From: the human T2T-CHM13v2.0 reference genome, Homo sapiens
Strand: one strand, 5' to 3'
Length of the DNA stretch: 64,000 bases
Assembly (NCBI RefSeq): GCF_009914755.1
Contig: NC_060939.1
Notes under the pieces: generated by a model
Told to the model about the DNA's origin: nothing
Seen by the model: only the letters and a program-made list of their open reading frames with translations
Databases searched by the model: none
Part shown: positions 30,261-43,031 of the stretch, in pieces
Numbering within the stretch: position 1 is the first letter of the stretch
Layout: every line of letters begins with the position of its first letter
Program-made: the position numbers and the translations under genes

Positions 30261-32779
30261 AAATTTGTATTATTATTTGGGAAGGAGGAAGGTGCGTAGA
30301 GGAGAGAGAAATCATTGCCACAGGGCTGGGAGGTTAGTGGCAGCCACTAAGCAGGTTAGAGTTTATAATCAGGGAGTAGACAGGAATTGCTCAGGTAGAA
30401 AACTCTGGTCTGCATTGTATTTCTTCACTGTTCACTCCACAGGTCTTGCTAAATCATTGTCTTACTCTAGAACCTTTCGATTTAATGTCTTCCATTTAAC
30501 ATACGGTCTGCTTCAGTACTTCTAGAAAGAAAGGCTTTAAATTTCGCATTTAGAATGGTTTAGAGAAAGTATTTAGAGGACTTGGCATGCTGTTCAAGCA
30601 CAGAATATAAGGAGATCTTTTCCTAACAGTGCATTTTCAGCATCATCTTCAGGGGTCCAGCACAGAGCCCAAGAGAACATGTCCCTAGACAGAGAGCATA
30701 TCCCCAAATTAATGTACCTAATCATTAGGGTGGGAGAAAAAGAAGGCTGGGGGGTTAAAATATGACTAAAAGCCATAGCCAGACCCTCTTCTTTGGCTCT
30801 GTCTTGAGAAATTCTTCCCCTAAGTCTTCCCACAAGCTAGCCAGACCTCAAGTCCTTTATACTATGAGTGTGTTGGGAGAAAGCACACACTGACTTCAAA
30901 ACTGTTATCAGCACCTTCCCAGGGATCAAAAAAAACAAGCAATACGGATTATACCTCTTAGATGCCAAGTTTGAGAAGGTTCACAATACACTAATTTTCC
31001 AGGACAATGAGTGTCTCAAAGTTGATCCTTGATCCTGTAGCAACACAGAGAAAGAGCTATGTCCTCTGGGCAGCCAAGAAGCACTGTTTTCTTAGCAACT
31101 GGCACCATTAGCTTCAGAAGGGGATAAGCAACCATTGGAATTTCGAATGGCGAATTTCCCAGAAAAGCATTCTTCTTTTCTGAGAACAGCACAGATTGGC
31201 TGGCTTAAATGAGGCACCTGGGGTGATATCCTGGCACCCAATATACAGGAAAAATATTGCCTGAGTGTTTCATAATAAGAATCATTTATAGTTTCAATTT
31301 GCTATATACCTTTAGCATTTTTTTAAATTGAGAAAAACTTATTTTTCTAGCAGTAAACAACTAAACATCATTATAGCTCTCTTAGAATCCAATAAAAATA
31401 TACACTATTGAGATAGATCAGAAAAATAGAGTTTTTCACTCTATTTGATCTTGCTATTTTACATGAGTAAGAAAACAAATGAATCTTTTATGAACTTTAC
31501 TTTCATCATGAATGATGTTACATATGACATTTAAACATACTCTTAATTATTTACTACATTTTTTTCTATTAATTTCTTGGTACTTAAAAATAAATTGAGG
31601 GGCTTTTCTTAGGAAAGGGGTTGATTTTGCATGAACATACCTTTCAGCTTTTCTATGCAGTCTGTTCATTTGAAGGACATTCCCATATAGGATCCAAATT
31701 CTCCATTTCCTTTGTGCTGCAGTTTAATGAAACCCCAGCATTTTTCTTGCTCCAAAAATGCCAAATGTAGTTAAGAATGCCTTGATAAGACGCTATTGCT
31801 AAAAACTATTTATATTCATAGTTTCCTGACAGTTTACTGCTTTTTGACATGGTATCTCTCATTGTAGAGCTTTGGCCAATATATATGTACATATATTACA
31901 TGTATATTTATATTACATAATTAACACATACAAATATTTTACTGCATTTTGGTCTCCAATTGCTACCAAACATATACATACTCTGAGGAATACAAATATG
32001 TAAAGCACTTATTATCAGGATACAATTCTAGACATATATCTATAAATCATCTTTAAGTGGTTATGAATATTTTAGAAGCTAGGAATAATATATAGGAAAG
32101 CAGGATGCCCTAAATTTCAACCAATGTCAGTTTCACATTTTACTGCTCCTGTATGAAATAACACATTAGCATTGAGTATGAAATTAAAAGCCAGACAGAA
32201 CTAGTTGCTTCTGTGAAGCCAGTGTGTGCATATGTGTGTAGATGGGTGTGGGGTGTGTCTTTGTGTGTTTTAAGTGAGGGAAAAATATTAAGAGGAGCTG
32301 AAAACATTTTAAAGAAGGAGATCATCACCTTCCACTTTATGGAATAACATGCAGTGTCTTTCATAAGCAAATACACAGGAATTTTTTTTCTTCATTAACA
32401 TTTGAGGCAGAGAAGGTGAGTATGGCTGCCATCATAGGCTGGGAGATGTGCTGGCCTTAGGGAGAAGGAGGACTCCAGGGAGGGAAGCAAGTCCACGGAT
32501 GCGCCATCCCAAAGTCTCCTAAATAATTGTATAACTTTGTCAGTGGGTGGTTTATTTGTGGAATCTTTCCCTGCTGGCCAGATAATGAGCAGGTGATTGT
32601 TCAGATAAGCATAGCTAAATACTGTTTGCATATCATTCGGAGAGTGCAGGACCACAGCAGCTCTGCCTGCACTTCATCACAACCTCACTGTGCATTCCCC
32701 AACCTGTGTTTAAGCTGAGAGCAAGGTTCCTTATGGGGATGGCTACAGTTCAACATCTCTGGCCTCATTTTAAAAAGAT

Positions 32780-33920
32780 AACACACCATAATGCTGTGCT
32801 CATTCTTGCAACAGCAAGTATGTGAGCAGCCTAAAAAGAGAGAATGAATTAAAATGCTGTTAATTACGCTTGAGGCTATGACATTCCTTCGTAAGTAATT
32901 ACGAGAGGGAGAAGTGTCCCCAGTGTTTCTGGTTTCTGATCGTTTACACAAAAAGTAGGAAGAGTGTGTTGCCCTCATCTCTCAAGTTCTTGGTCTGCGG
33001 GGGTCCTGATGAAGCCAGTCGCCTCTGTCAGTATTTGGAAAGCTGTCTACTAAAGCTGTGTCTTTAACACCACAATCTCACTGTCAAGAGGGAAGTGTAG
33101 TCAGAAGGGTGCCTATAGTAACAGAAATAACCCCATTTTTACTTCTTTTGCATATTACAACAGAAATTTAGAGCTTGCTGAGTTATCATCTACATTGCAG
33201 AGGTGGCCACTGAGGCCCACGGTCATACAACTGGCTCAGTAGGAACTTTCAGTTATGCATTTCATCACATAAAAGGTCTTCACTCATTCACTGAGTAAAA
33301 ACAAAGAGAAAGGAAGGTAGATATCTGAGTAGTTAGTGCTGAGCCCTGAAAGCTGAAATAACTGCATTTTTTCTTTAACAAATCTGTCACCTTGAGAGTC
33401 TCCCTTGACCTCTTGCCCCAGTTACCAGAGGGAAAGAAATGCCAGGCACAGCTGAAATAGGAAATGCGACACGTCTCGTACATTGTCTTTGGCAAATGGA
33501 TTACAGGAAACATTGATGCTTTCTGATGTTGTTTCAGCCGCGTTTGGGGACAGTCTGGAGTTGTGGGGTGGACCTTGGCAGATTACACGTGTATCAGAGT
33601 TCAGAGGTTTATTTGTTCTTGCAGAGACTCCAAATACTCTTGAATGCGGCACAGAAAACGAATTAAGAGAGAACAGGGCAGCTACAGGTACTTATGGACG
33701 TGAGGAGACTTAATAAAGCCTCTGTTGAGATGAAAGGACGTTAAACTCCATTAGCAGTATCCTTGCAAAACGCACATACACACACACACACAAGCAAGAT
33801 ATCCTGAAATGGTTGTCACGGAGCAACCCACTGCAAAGACTTTACATCTAATTGAAATTAATGATGCCTCCAGCAGCCTAAATTGAGCCCCTAGACCTCC
33901 CACCTATGCAAATTCAACAG
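32780..33920. promoter_or_regulatory. Putative regulatory block
   Basis: Unique sequence with many CpGs, X-box-like GGTTGTCACGGAGCAACC (33811-33828), octamer ATGCAAAT (33906-33913). Confidence 0.35.
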
Positions 33921-34344
33921 GCAGGACTCAGCTCTTATGGAATTTGGTTTCCACCTGGCCTCCAGTTTTGAGAGTCTCTGCCCGTCCATGTTAGGAAGTA
34001 TTCTTGGAATAAATCAAATTTACCTCTAAGAATGTTTGTGTGAGACTAGATAGAGACAGCCTGTAGGAAAATCAAGAAATTCACAGAACTTGTATTTGGC
34101 AAGAGTCAAAGATTCCCATCTAGGGACTATGTTTTCTGAACCAAAAGATTTTTTGTTTGTTTGTTCATATTTTTGCAACTGCCAGGTGCAGAAGAGAGTC
34201 TAGAAGATGTGTTTTTCTTTTGTAAAGCAACAAATATTTATTTAATCATAGAAACTGAGAGTTGAAAAGGATTTTACAGATAAAGCCTTCATTGGGGCTG
34301 AAATTTGTTTTGTGCTTTGATTTGTTCAACAGCTCTTTTTTGTA

Positions 34345-34485
34345 GCACGTGTTTCTCAAAATGGCAGCACACTGCAATCAGTTGGGAAACTTTAAAAAAA
34401 AATACCAATGCTTGAGGGAATCTCATTTAACTGGCCTGGGTGAAGGCTGATTCTAAAATATAGCAATGTTTGAAAACCGCTATTC
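34345..34485. mobile_element. MER5B-like
   Basis: 'gtgtttctcaaa...aatcagttgggaaacttt...ttgaaaaccgc'. Confidence 0.55.
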
Positions 34486-34512
34486 AGTAGATTTCCAATA
34501 TATCCATCCGTC

Positions 34513-34515
<3 letters not shown>

Positions 34516-34558
<43 letters not shown>
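34516..34558 (+). repeat. Pure (AC)~21 microsatellite
   Basis: Directly visible. Confidence 0.97.
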
Positions 34559-34563
<5 letters not shown>

Positions 34564-34797
34564 TGTACTATTAATAGGATATTTTAAAGCAACTCTCAGG
34601 TAGCCACTTGAATACAACTGAAAGACTTCATTTTGATGCTAAAATATTAAGCATCTTAGATGGTTTTATAGAGACAGAATTAAATACTTGAAATTGGATC
34701 TGATCCACCTGGTGATTTTCACTCATCCCCCACAGCCAGACACCACAAAATAATCATGCTTTTCCCTGACTCAACCCAAACAGGAACTATAGCATGA

Positions 34798-35283
34798 TGT
34801 CAACTGAAATTAAGGGTGTTGCAGCAGAAATAATTTAATAAAGGTTTATTGGAGGCCAAATTTGAGGACTGACCCAGGAAGACACATCAACAAAGTTGGG
34901 CATGTTCCCAAGTCTGTGACAAATGGAAATGCTTTTATAAGAAAGTTTAGGAGAAGGGAGGGGAGGCTCTTCCTATCAGAGTCATCCTTTATCATTGGAG
35001 AGTACAATACAGAAGTTACAATCATTGGCTACAGATGACAACACACTGGGTAAAATGTTCTGTGTGCAAGACAACCAACAAGACTTCATGATTCAGGAAC
35101 AAATCAGTGTCCTTTTCAGTATCAGCAGATTACAAATTAATCAGTAAGACAACAGTTTGAGGAACTTAGGATAAGATTTGAGGGACTTATTGTGAAATTC
35201 TTTACTCAAGGACAGAATGGAAGCCATGACCTTCCCTAGGTGGTTAATTTGGAAACCTGTCAAATGTGGCCTGTAGGTTATCA
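34798..35283 (-). mobile_element. ERV1-class solo LTR (subfamily not determined)
   Basis: TG...CA termini, 4-bp TSD 'atga' on both sides, 'tttatt' (minus-strand AATAAA) near the left end, TATA- and CCAAT-like motifs on the minus strand. Confidence 0.75.
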
Positions 35284-36524
35284 ATGAGGTGTATCTCCTC
35301 TGGGGAAAATTTGCATATTAAGATTGTCCAATGAGGATTGGAGTTTGGGGACATCAAGGACTTCCTGGGATAGGCCACCAATACCAGGGTGTAAGCAGTC
35401 ACTCTGCCCTGGCTGGCTAAGGAATAGAAGCAGAAAATCCATCTAGCATTTCCCAGCCAATTTAACCTTCCAGCTCAGCCAGCCAAAGCCCTCCATGGCA
35501 AGAAGGCTTCCCCCATTAAACAGTTAATACACTGCTTTGAATAAACAGCAGAATTTCTGTATCATTCCTACTTATGAACAAAGATCCAGCACTCTTTCCA
35601 AGGCCAGCTCTGAACATACTAGCAGATTAGTGGCTTTGATTATTTAGTCTAATATTTTATTTGAAAGCCAGAGGAAAATAAGGCTAAGAGACCACAGTTA
35701 TTTAGGCTTTCTGGAGAGGGATGGAAAGGATAGGTTACATGTGCAATCAGAAAGTAATCAGATGTGTCTTCTCCCTATCTACCACCGTAACACCCCTTAC
35801 AGGCCTCAGATATGGTTCTGCTGGAGAACCTTAAATATTCATGATCAGATATTGTTTGGGTTAAGGCATTGAAGGTATCTGCCAAAAGGCAAATCTGGGA
35901 GGCAGCACTTGCTGCGATTCTGAATGGTATGGGGGCTGAGTGTGAGACCCCCGCTCAGGGCTGGGGTGGGAGAGCTCTTCTGGACTACACCTCCCCTCCC
36001 CACACTGAGCTGAGATCACTGGAGAGGGGTGATGAAGGATGTTGTTACTAATGGGATTTATTATGCATCTCATATGCATGGTGTGGAGATATATTTTTCA
36101 AAAAACTAAGAACGATTGATTTAAACCAAGAGTGATTAACATTTTGGCACAAATTAGTTGATCAGATGCTAGCAAAAGCCCTAAGGACAAGGACATGAGA
36201 GAGGAGAGAGGAGAGATGTCATGGGGAAGGAAGTGGGACAGTAAAATCTAAGACTTGGGGAGGTGATCCCAGGTGAGGTATTGCCCTGCGGGTCTTTGGG
36301 CAAGAGGGGAGCAGAGGAAGGGGAGCTGTGAAAAGACAGGGGTCAAGAAGGATCTGAATCAAATGCAAAGGCTCTGAGGACAGACTCAAACCTTTCCCTG
36401 ACTCAGCCCAAACAAGGAGAATTTAAGTCTTTGTTTTTTCTAGTGTGTCTTGATCAAATTAAATGTAATCAGAGATGAAAACTGCCTGTTTTCTTTGTTC
36501 CTTTTGCTACATTAAGAGTGTAGC

Positions 36525-37060
36525 TAAAATTTACTAAGTGCTTGTCACGTGCCAGGCACCACACTAAGCACTTTATACTGTCTCTATGAGCACCTCTAAT
36601 AGTAGGGGCTATTATTGCCCCCATTTAAAAAGTAGAGACCAGACCAGGTGCAATGGCTCACACCTGTAATCCCAGCACTTTGGGAGGCCAAGGCAGGTGG
36701 AACATTTGAGGTCAGGGGTTCAAGACCAGCCTGACCAATATGGTGAAACCCCATCTCTACGAAAAATACAAACAAATCAGCCAAGCATGGTGGTGCATGC
36801 CTGTAGTCCCAGCTACTCAGGAGGCTAAGGCAGGAGAATTGTTTGAACCCAGGAGCCAGAGGTTGCAGTGAGCCCAGATTCATGCCACTGCATTCCAGCT
36901 TGGGCAACAGAGCGAGAGTCCATCTCAAAAATAATAATAAAATAAAAATTAAAAAAATTAAAAGCAGAGACCGGAGACATTAAATAGTTTGCCAAAGGCC
37001 CGATGGCTATCAGTAGCTGAGCTGGAATTATGAACCCAGTCAGTGAGTCCTACTGCATAT
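36525..37060 (-). mobile_element. MIR split by an Alu
   Basis: 'atttactaagtgcttgtcacgtgccaggcac...' and 'gagctggaattatgaacccagtc'. Confidence 0.65.
36642..36960 (+). mobile_element. AluS
   Basis: Full dimer; degenerate TSD aaaagtagagacc/aaaagcagagacc. Confidence 0.94.
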
Positions 37061-37309
37061 TGTCTTAAAAACAACATTCTGCCCATCCTTTGTGAGTGTT
37101 GGGATTGCGTGTGGACGTGCTTCTCAAAGAAAAGAGAAAATCTCTGCATTGTCTTTCTAGGGAAGCTCAGCAGGCCATTTATTCTTGAGGCCTTTACTTA
37201 TCCTTAAAAGAAGACCAACAAATTTAGATTTTTCAAACATGAGGTCTCTTTAAATCTCTTGAGCTTAGGACTTCCAGTCTAGTCTGGGCAAGATAGACTT
37301 GCAAAAGAC

Positions 37310-37407
37310 TTGCCGAGGCTGGACTCGAACTCCTGGGCTCAAGACATCTTCCCACCTCGGCCTCCTGAGTAGCTAGGACTATAGTAGCACACCATTATGC
37401 CTGGCTC
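37310..37407 (-). mobile_element. FLAM/AluJ monomer fragment
   Basis: 'ctcgaactcctgggctcaag...gcctcctgagtagctaggacta'. Confidence 0.8.
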
Positions 37408-37879
37408 AAGTTTTATTTTTCAAGGGCTGTGACTCCTTTCACATAGGCCACTGAGTACTAATAAAGAAGATAAGAGTTGAGGTCAGGACTTCTGTGGTGT
37501 CTATGGGAACAGGGAGTATTACCTAGAGGAGAAAGGTGGGGAAGAGGTGTGAAGGAAACAGAGGCGCTTAGGGGCCTGTAAGGTTGGGACACTGGGTCAT
37601 TCCTCCTGACTCATAGTCTGTGTGGGGCTAGTTAAAAGAAATAAGGCCTCTTACAGGGATACCTTTTTATAGCCCAGAATGACTCCATGAAAGAGATAAC
37701 TTTCTAATACCCATCACCTCAAATGATACTTGCAATCCTGTTTCCTCTCTTGAAAAATCAGGAGGGCTTCCAGTCTGAGCTGGAGATAACAGAATGTGCT
37801 TTGGTTTCAGAATGCCTTTCCCATGTCATATACTCATTTCTTAGAAGCCCCACATTAGTCTTTATTTTAAAAGCACAGT

Positions 37880-37883
<4 letters not shown>

Positions 37884-37921
<38 letters not shown>
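37884..37921 (+). repeat. Isolated poly(A)38
   Basis: Pure A run with no recognisable SINE or LINE body upstream. Confidence 0.95.
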
Positions 37922-37924
<3 letters not shown>

Positions 37925-38261
37925 AAATGCATGTGCTTATGTTGAAAGCCCCCATCCGTTCGATCTGATTTCCTTTCCTAAGAGCTTTCAGAATGGCTCT
38001 GGCTTTTGTCTCTCTACCTAGTGGTTCCATTGACCTTCTAACAGAAAAGCCTGAAACTGCATAAGTTCCCTGTGCAACCAGCAAGGTGAAAGCAGTATCC
38101 CTTGGGGCCTGAGGCAGGACTACAGGCTCCACGGCAGGATGCTGCCTGTCTTGCTTGGTACTGTAGACCTGGTACCCACTCCAGTGCCCAGCATAAAGAA
38201 GATCCTTAAGCAGGAGACCCTAGTTCAGAGATAAAGCTATCTTTCCAAGTTTACTTAACAA

Positions 38262-38790
38262 GTATAGTTACCTATTGCTGCATAACAAATCACCACACTC
38301 TTATCACAAAATCCCACCAATGGCTTAGAACAGCAGGTGTTAATTATCTCAGTTTCTATGGGTCAGAAATACAGGGGCAGCTTATCTGGATCCTCTGCAC
38401 TGGGGTCTCTACAAACATGGTGTCAGCCAGGGCTGCATCTCCTCTGAAGGTTTGACTGGGGAAAAATCCAACTTCAAGCTTTCTTACTTGATTGTCAGCA
38501 GGATTTATTTCTTTGCTTGCTGTTGGACAGAAGCCACCATCAGTTTCTTGCTACACAAGTATCTCCAAAATGTGGTCACTTGATTCATCAAAGGGACAGT
38601 CTGCTAGCAAGACGGAAGTCACACTGTTAAACAACCTAATCATGGAGGCAGCAATTTCTTACCTTTGCCATATTTTGTTGATTAGAAGCAAGTCGCCAGT
38701 TCTGCCTGCACTGAAGGGGGGATACCTGTATGAAGACATGAATGCCAGGAGAATGGATCATTGGGGCCATCGTAGAGTCTGACCATAGCA
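38262..38790 (-). mobile_element. MLT1 (F/G-like) LTR
   Basis: 'tattgctgcataacaaatcacc', 'ctcagtttctatgggtcagaaa', 'gtgtcagccagggctgca', 'ttagaagcaagtc'. Confidence 0.8.
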
Positions 38791-38902
38791 ATCAGATGAT
38801 GATCATATGCCTGTGGTCAGCACTGCCTCTCCTTGCATTCCCCTTCCATTTCGGCCACCCATGCATATGTACGTTGAACACACATGTAGTGTGACTTCTT
38901 TA

Positions 38903-38998
38903 TTGAGTCACTCTTGTCGAATTCTTGACCTCAGGTGATCCACCCACCTTGGCCTCCCAAAGTGCTGGGATTGCAGGTGTGAGCCACCATGCCTGGCC
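38903..38998 (-). mobile_element. Internally deleted AluS remnant
   Basis: About 82 bp of Alu 5' end plus a 'tcactcttgtcg' 3'-end remnant; flanking repeat tgacttctt. Confidence 0.85.
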
Positions 38999-39259
38999 AT
39001 GACTTCTTACAATCAAGGAAACGTGAGAGTAAGCCACGATTATTGTGAAGAGGGCTCACAATCTATTAGGGGAGATGAATAAAAGTGATACACAAAATAC
39101 GTACTACAAGAGAATATTGGCACACACGAAAAAAACAGAGGGAGAGCAACATTCAATTCCAGAAACATAGGAAGTCCAATGAAATAAATACCACTTTGAG
39201 CTGGGATTGCCCAGGAAATTTATAGAGAAGATGTAATTTGAGCTGAGTCTTAAAGAGTA

Positions 39260-39500
39260 GTTAATAACCAACATTTATTGACCTTTACCTATGTTTTAAT
39301 AAGTGTCTTATATAAAAGATTTTGCTAAATTTTCATAGTAATCCCCTAAGGTAGGTTTTATTATTATCTCCACCTTAAAGATGAGGAAACCGAGGTTCAC
39401 AGACATGAAATGACTTGCCCAAATCCACCCAGCTTGTAGATGGCAAAAAGAGAAGCAAGTCCACATGAACCCAGAGCCTACACTTGTTACCACTATTCAG
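39260..39500 (-). mobile_element. MIR
   Basis: 'aaagatgaggaaaccgaggttcacaga...tgacttgcccaa'. Confidence 0.8.
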
Positions 39501-41229
39501 CATTGCTTCAGACAGAAATGGTCAGTAGAGACAAATGGAGGAAAGGCCTTTTTAGCAGTAGGAATGGCATGAAAAAAGAAGCAGAAGCAGGCAGACGGTA
39601 GCGGCCACTCAGGTAGAGAAACTGCAATTCCCTCTGTCTATGAAGTTTTCTCCTCAGCTCTTCATAGGGCTGGCCCCTTGAGACCTTCAGATTTCAGCTC
39701 AAATGTCATTTCTAGATAGTTAGGAGCCCTCTTCTGCCACCCCCATCACCATCACAAGCTGCACTTTGTCATTGCGTCTTGTTTGGCCATTACCACTGTG
39801 TCCGCCCGCCAACCCCTTGTCTACACAGTGCCCAGCACAAAGCAGGTACCTGATCGAGTATGGAGTCATTACAGGAGAGGAGTGGCTATGAAAGCAGGGC
39901 CTGTGTTTTGTGTCATTAAGAAGTTTGGTTTTTATTCTGTAGACAATGATGGAGCCTGTGGAGGTTTTTTTGAGCAGGAGAGTAACATAATGATAGCCAG
40001 GTGCTGCGGAAATGGCTTTGTGGGTGGCATGCTCTGGACAATGATACTGATAAGCAGTTTGCTCTAAGATTTCCTGCTGACCTTTGCTGTGACCTCCACC
40101 TCTCTAGCACCCAAAGATTTTCAGCTGTCTACCTTTCCCCTGCCAAGGAGAACATTCATTTGGAGTGAGATATTAGAGACTTATTTTTGTTCCTTCCAGG
40201 AAATTTTGAGCTTTAAATGAAGAGTTGATGCTTAACACTGGCTCCTGGGTTCCAGAACTGATTTTGGCTCTGGTATACTGTGTGACCCAAGATAAGTCTC
40301 TTCAGGTCTCTGAGACTAAGTTCTTCTGTAAAATGAGGGGATTGGGCTAGATGCCAATTCTACGATTTCATTATGTTTCTTTCTAATTTAAATCTAGAGC
40401 ATTTTGATATATATATATATTCAGGGATTTTTAAAAAGTCTTTATTCTAAGAAGGACATTTCAATATCTCTAGTTACTATTCACTATTTTCAACATTTCT
40501 TGAGCACTGGTCACGACAAATTGTTGACTTATATTGCCCTGGATTACAGGTGAGTTGGTTTATTCATCTTGGTATCTTTTCTCACTTTCTGCTTCCTCCT
40601 CCACAAAAGGTCCAAAAATATGCAGGCATCCTCTTGTGAGACACAGTCTCAGGAGGTAGATGGGTGTCCAGTGTTTCTGCATTTATAAAACTGTCATGAG
40701 CCAGGAAATGCTCACAAGCCTGGGTCATCTTGGGAATGACAAAGACAGGATCAGCCAGCGAATGAAATGTCACGGGATTCCAAATGATGTGAAAGAAAGT
40801 GAAGAAAGACAGAAATCACATAATTTCAGAAATCCTAGCACTGCTGCCCAGCCCCTCGTCCTGGCTTTCCTGCCTACCCTCCCTCCCCCAACTGTCCCAT
40901 CCATCTCTGGAACCTTTCCTGCCATGCGCCTTCACAGCCTCCAACAAATATATATTTAGTAACTCCCAGAAAGATTTCCATCTAGGACGTCGCCACAGCA
41001 TACAAATGAGGCCTCTGAGCAGTGTTTCATGGCTAGGTTGTTGTACAGTGGATTGCCACATCTGTTTAAGTTCCTGTTGTACCTCCCACCCCATTTCTCT
41101 TGTCCACCACCCCAGTCTCCCCCCTCCCCACTCACACAAACACAAGCACTCTCTTTGACTTCTGGAAGTGTCAATGATTTTCCCTCTAAAACTTCAGAGG
41201 AGGAGATTGCCTGGCAGCTTTTGAAACTT

Positions 41230-41510
41230 TCCCCGTGTTCTGTTAAATTGAAATATTGTTTTTAGACCACGGAACAGAGTGGTGAAACGCAGTGGCGGTC
41301 TTCTCAGAGCATGTCAGGATGATCAATCTTTTTAAAGACCAGCAGGCGTGAAGTGTGACAGTGCTCAAGTGCTCGGATCCGATGTGTCTGACTTGCTGGA
41401 GTCTCTGTTTAGGGGGGAAATTGATCATATCTGAGCTGTGGAACCAGTAGGATTAATTGTTTAATCCTACAAGCATGTACGCATTTGATCATGCATGACT
41501 ACCTTCCTGA
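41230..41510. promoter_or_regulatory. Putative enhancer or conserved non-coding element
   Basis: Repeat-free, about 8 retained CpGs, inverted TAATCC pair, CAAGTG motif, palindrome TCGGATCCGA. Confidence 0.4.
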
Positions 41511-42528
41511 GTTGCACTTGGCAGGCTTTCCTTTCCTTTGTTTCCTAATCTGTCTTTTCCTTACCCCAAATCTACCGCCACCTCTCCCCAAAAATCCATA
41601 AGGTACAAAATTTCAATCTTTGTATTTAAAACACAAACACAAAGAGCATATTTAAGTTTCTTCTTCTAACATTATTTCAGTACAAAGCAGAATTCATTAA
41701 AATAGAAATTAATCAAGTTTTGCTCACAACCACAAAGTCATTTAATGAAGAACAGGGGGCCTATCCTAAGTTTTCCTGAGAAGGAAAACACGGCTGTACA
41801 TAAGAATTGGTGATGGAAAGGGGCTCAGTGCATCCGACACCTCTGTCTTCAGTCTTGCCATCTGTGAACCAGACAGTATTGGCGCACAGTCTGTGGCCAC
41901 AGAGGCTGTTACCCACTTTGATTTGTGAAAATCTTCTGTGAAATTTTACTTAATCCACCTAACCTATAGTGAAGTCACATGTAAAACAGATATAGTCGTG
42001 CTCAGATGCAGTAAGAAGCAAAAAACCACTTTACTTGAAGTGCTTACTTCAGTGATGGTTTCATTTGATGTGCTTAGTAAGTATTATGAGGCCACAATTG
42101 GGGAGGAAAAAATAATCAGCAGCAGTGTTCTCCAAGGGGATACCAAGCTCATCCTTTGGGAGTATGAGAAGACAGTATGATTTCTTTTGAAACTTATATT
42201 TTATCTCCAAAGGAAAAAAGTTAGCTTTATTAATCATGGATTGACTCATGGCCTCCCTCCATCTGTGTGTCAGATTGTCTAAGTGACCTGGGAGGCAAGC
42301 AAGTTAGCCTGAGAAAAGTGTGGGCTCATCACAACAAAGACAAGTGGACTTTAGGGCCCTTGCACTAGTTTTCATGTCAGTGTGTTAGGAAGAGTTAGTG
42401 TGCTTGCAGTTGTGTGGGTTTGCCAATATTATCTGGTTTTAATCAAACTAATTCTCACAAAATAGATCAACGTCTAAAAAAGATTCCTGCTCTAATTTTA
42501 AAAATGTATTAAAGATGCTGTCAAAAAT

Positions 42529-43031
42529 TGTGAAAGGTCTGAGATTTTATACTACTTGCAATCTAACAAGCTAGCCTGCCACATTTCATGGATGCTGGCA
42601 AAAGACACAAGACTCCTGGGTCAGAGACTAAGGATGTTATTACTTAAAACACAACAAGCGTGAACCTCATGTATGCCCTGGCTAGCCTTGCCCCCCAAGT
42701 CCCCAGGGCCAATGTGGACAGTGCAGGCAGACGCTGCACATACAGTGTGTTTGTGTCACAGCTGAAAGCCTGAGTGAAGCAAACCCAAATCTTTTGTAAT
42801 AGGACTGCTAGAAAACTTGCCCAACCTTTGCTCCAGAGGAAGACATTATCTTTATAATGTTGGACAGCAAACAAACCTGCTTTCTGCTCCATAGGGAGCC
42901 CGTTTCTGTGTTTCATGGCTTTTTGCTATACAAACATCCTTGAGAAGATAGACCAGAATCAAAGTTGTCAGAGCTCCTGCTTGCCAGACACGCAGAAAAA
43001 TAAGAGATCTGTGAAGAACTGTCTCACAGCA
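42529..43031 (-). mobile_element. MER74/MER54-like ERVL solo LTR
   Basis: 'tgtgaaaggtctgagatttta...gcctgccacatttcatggatgctggca...gactcctgggtcagagac'. Confidence 0.75.
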
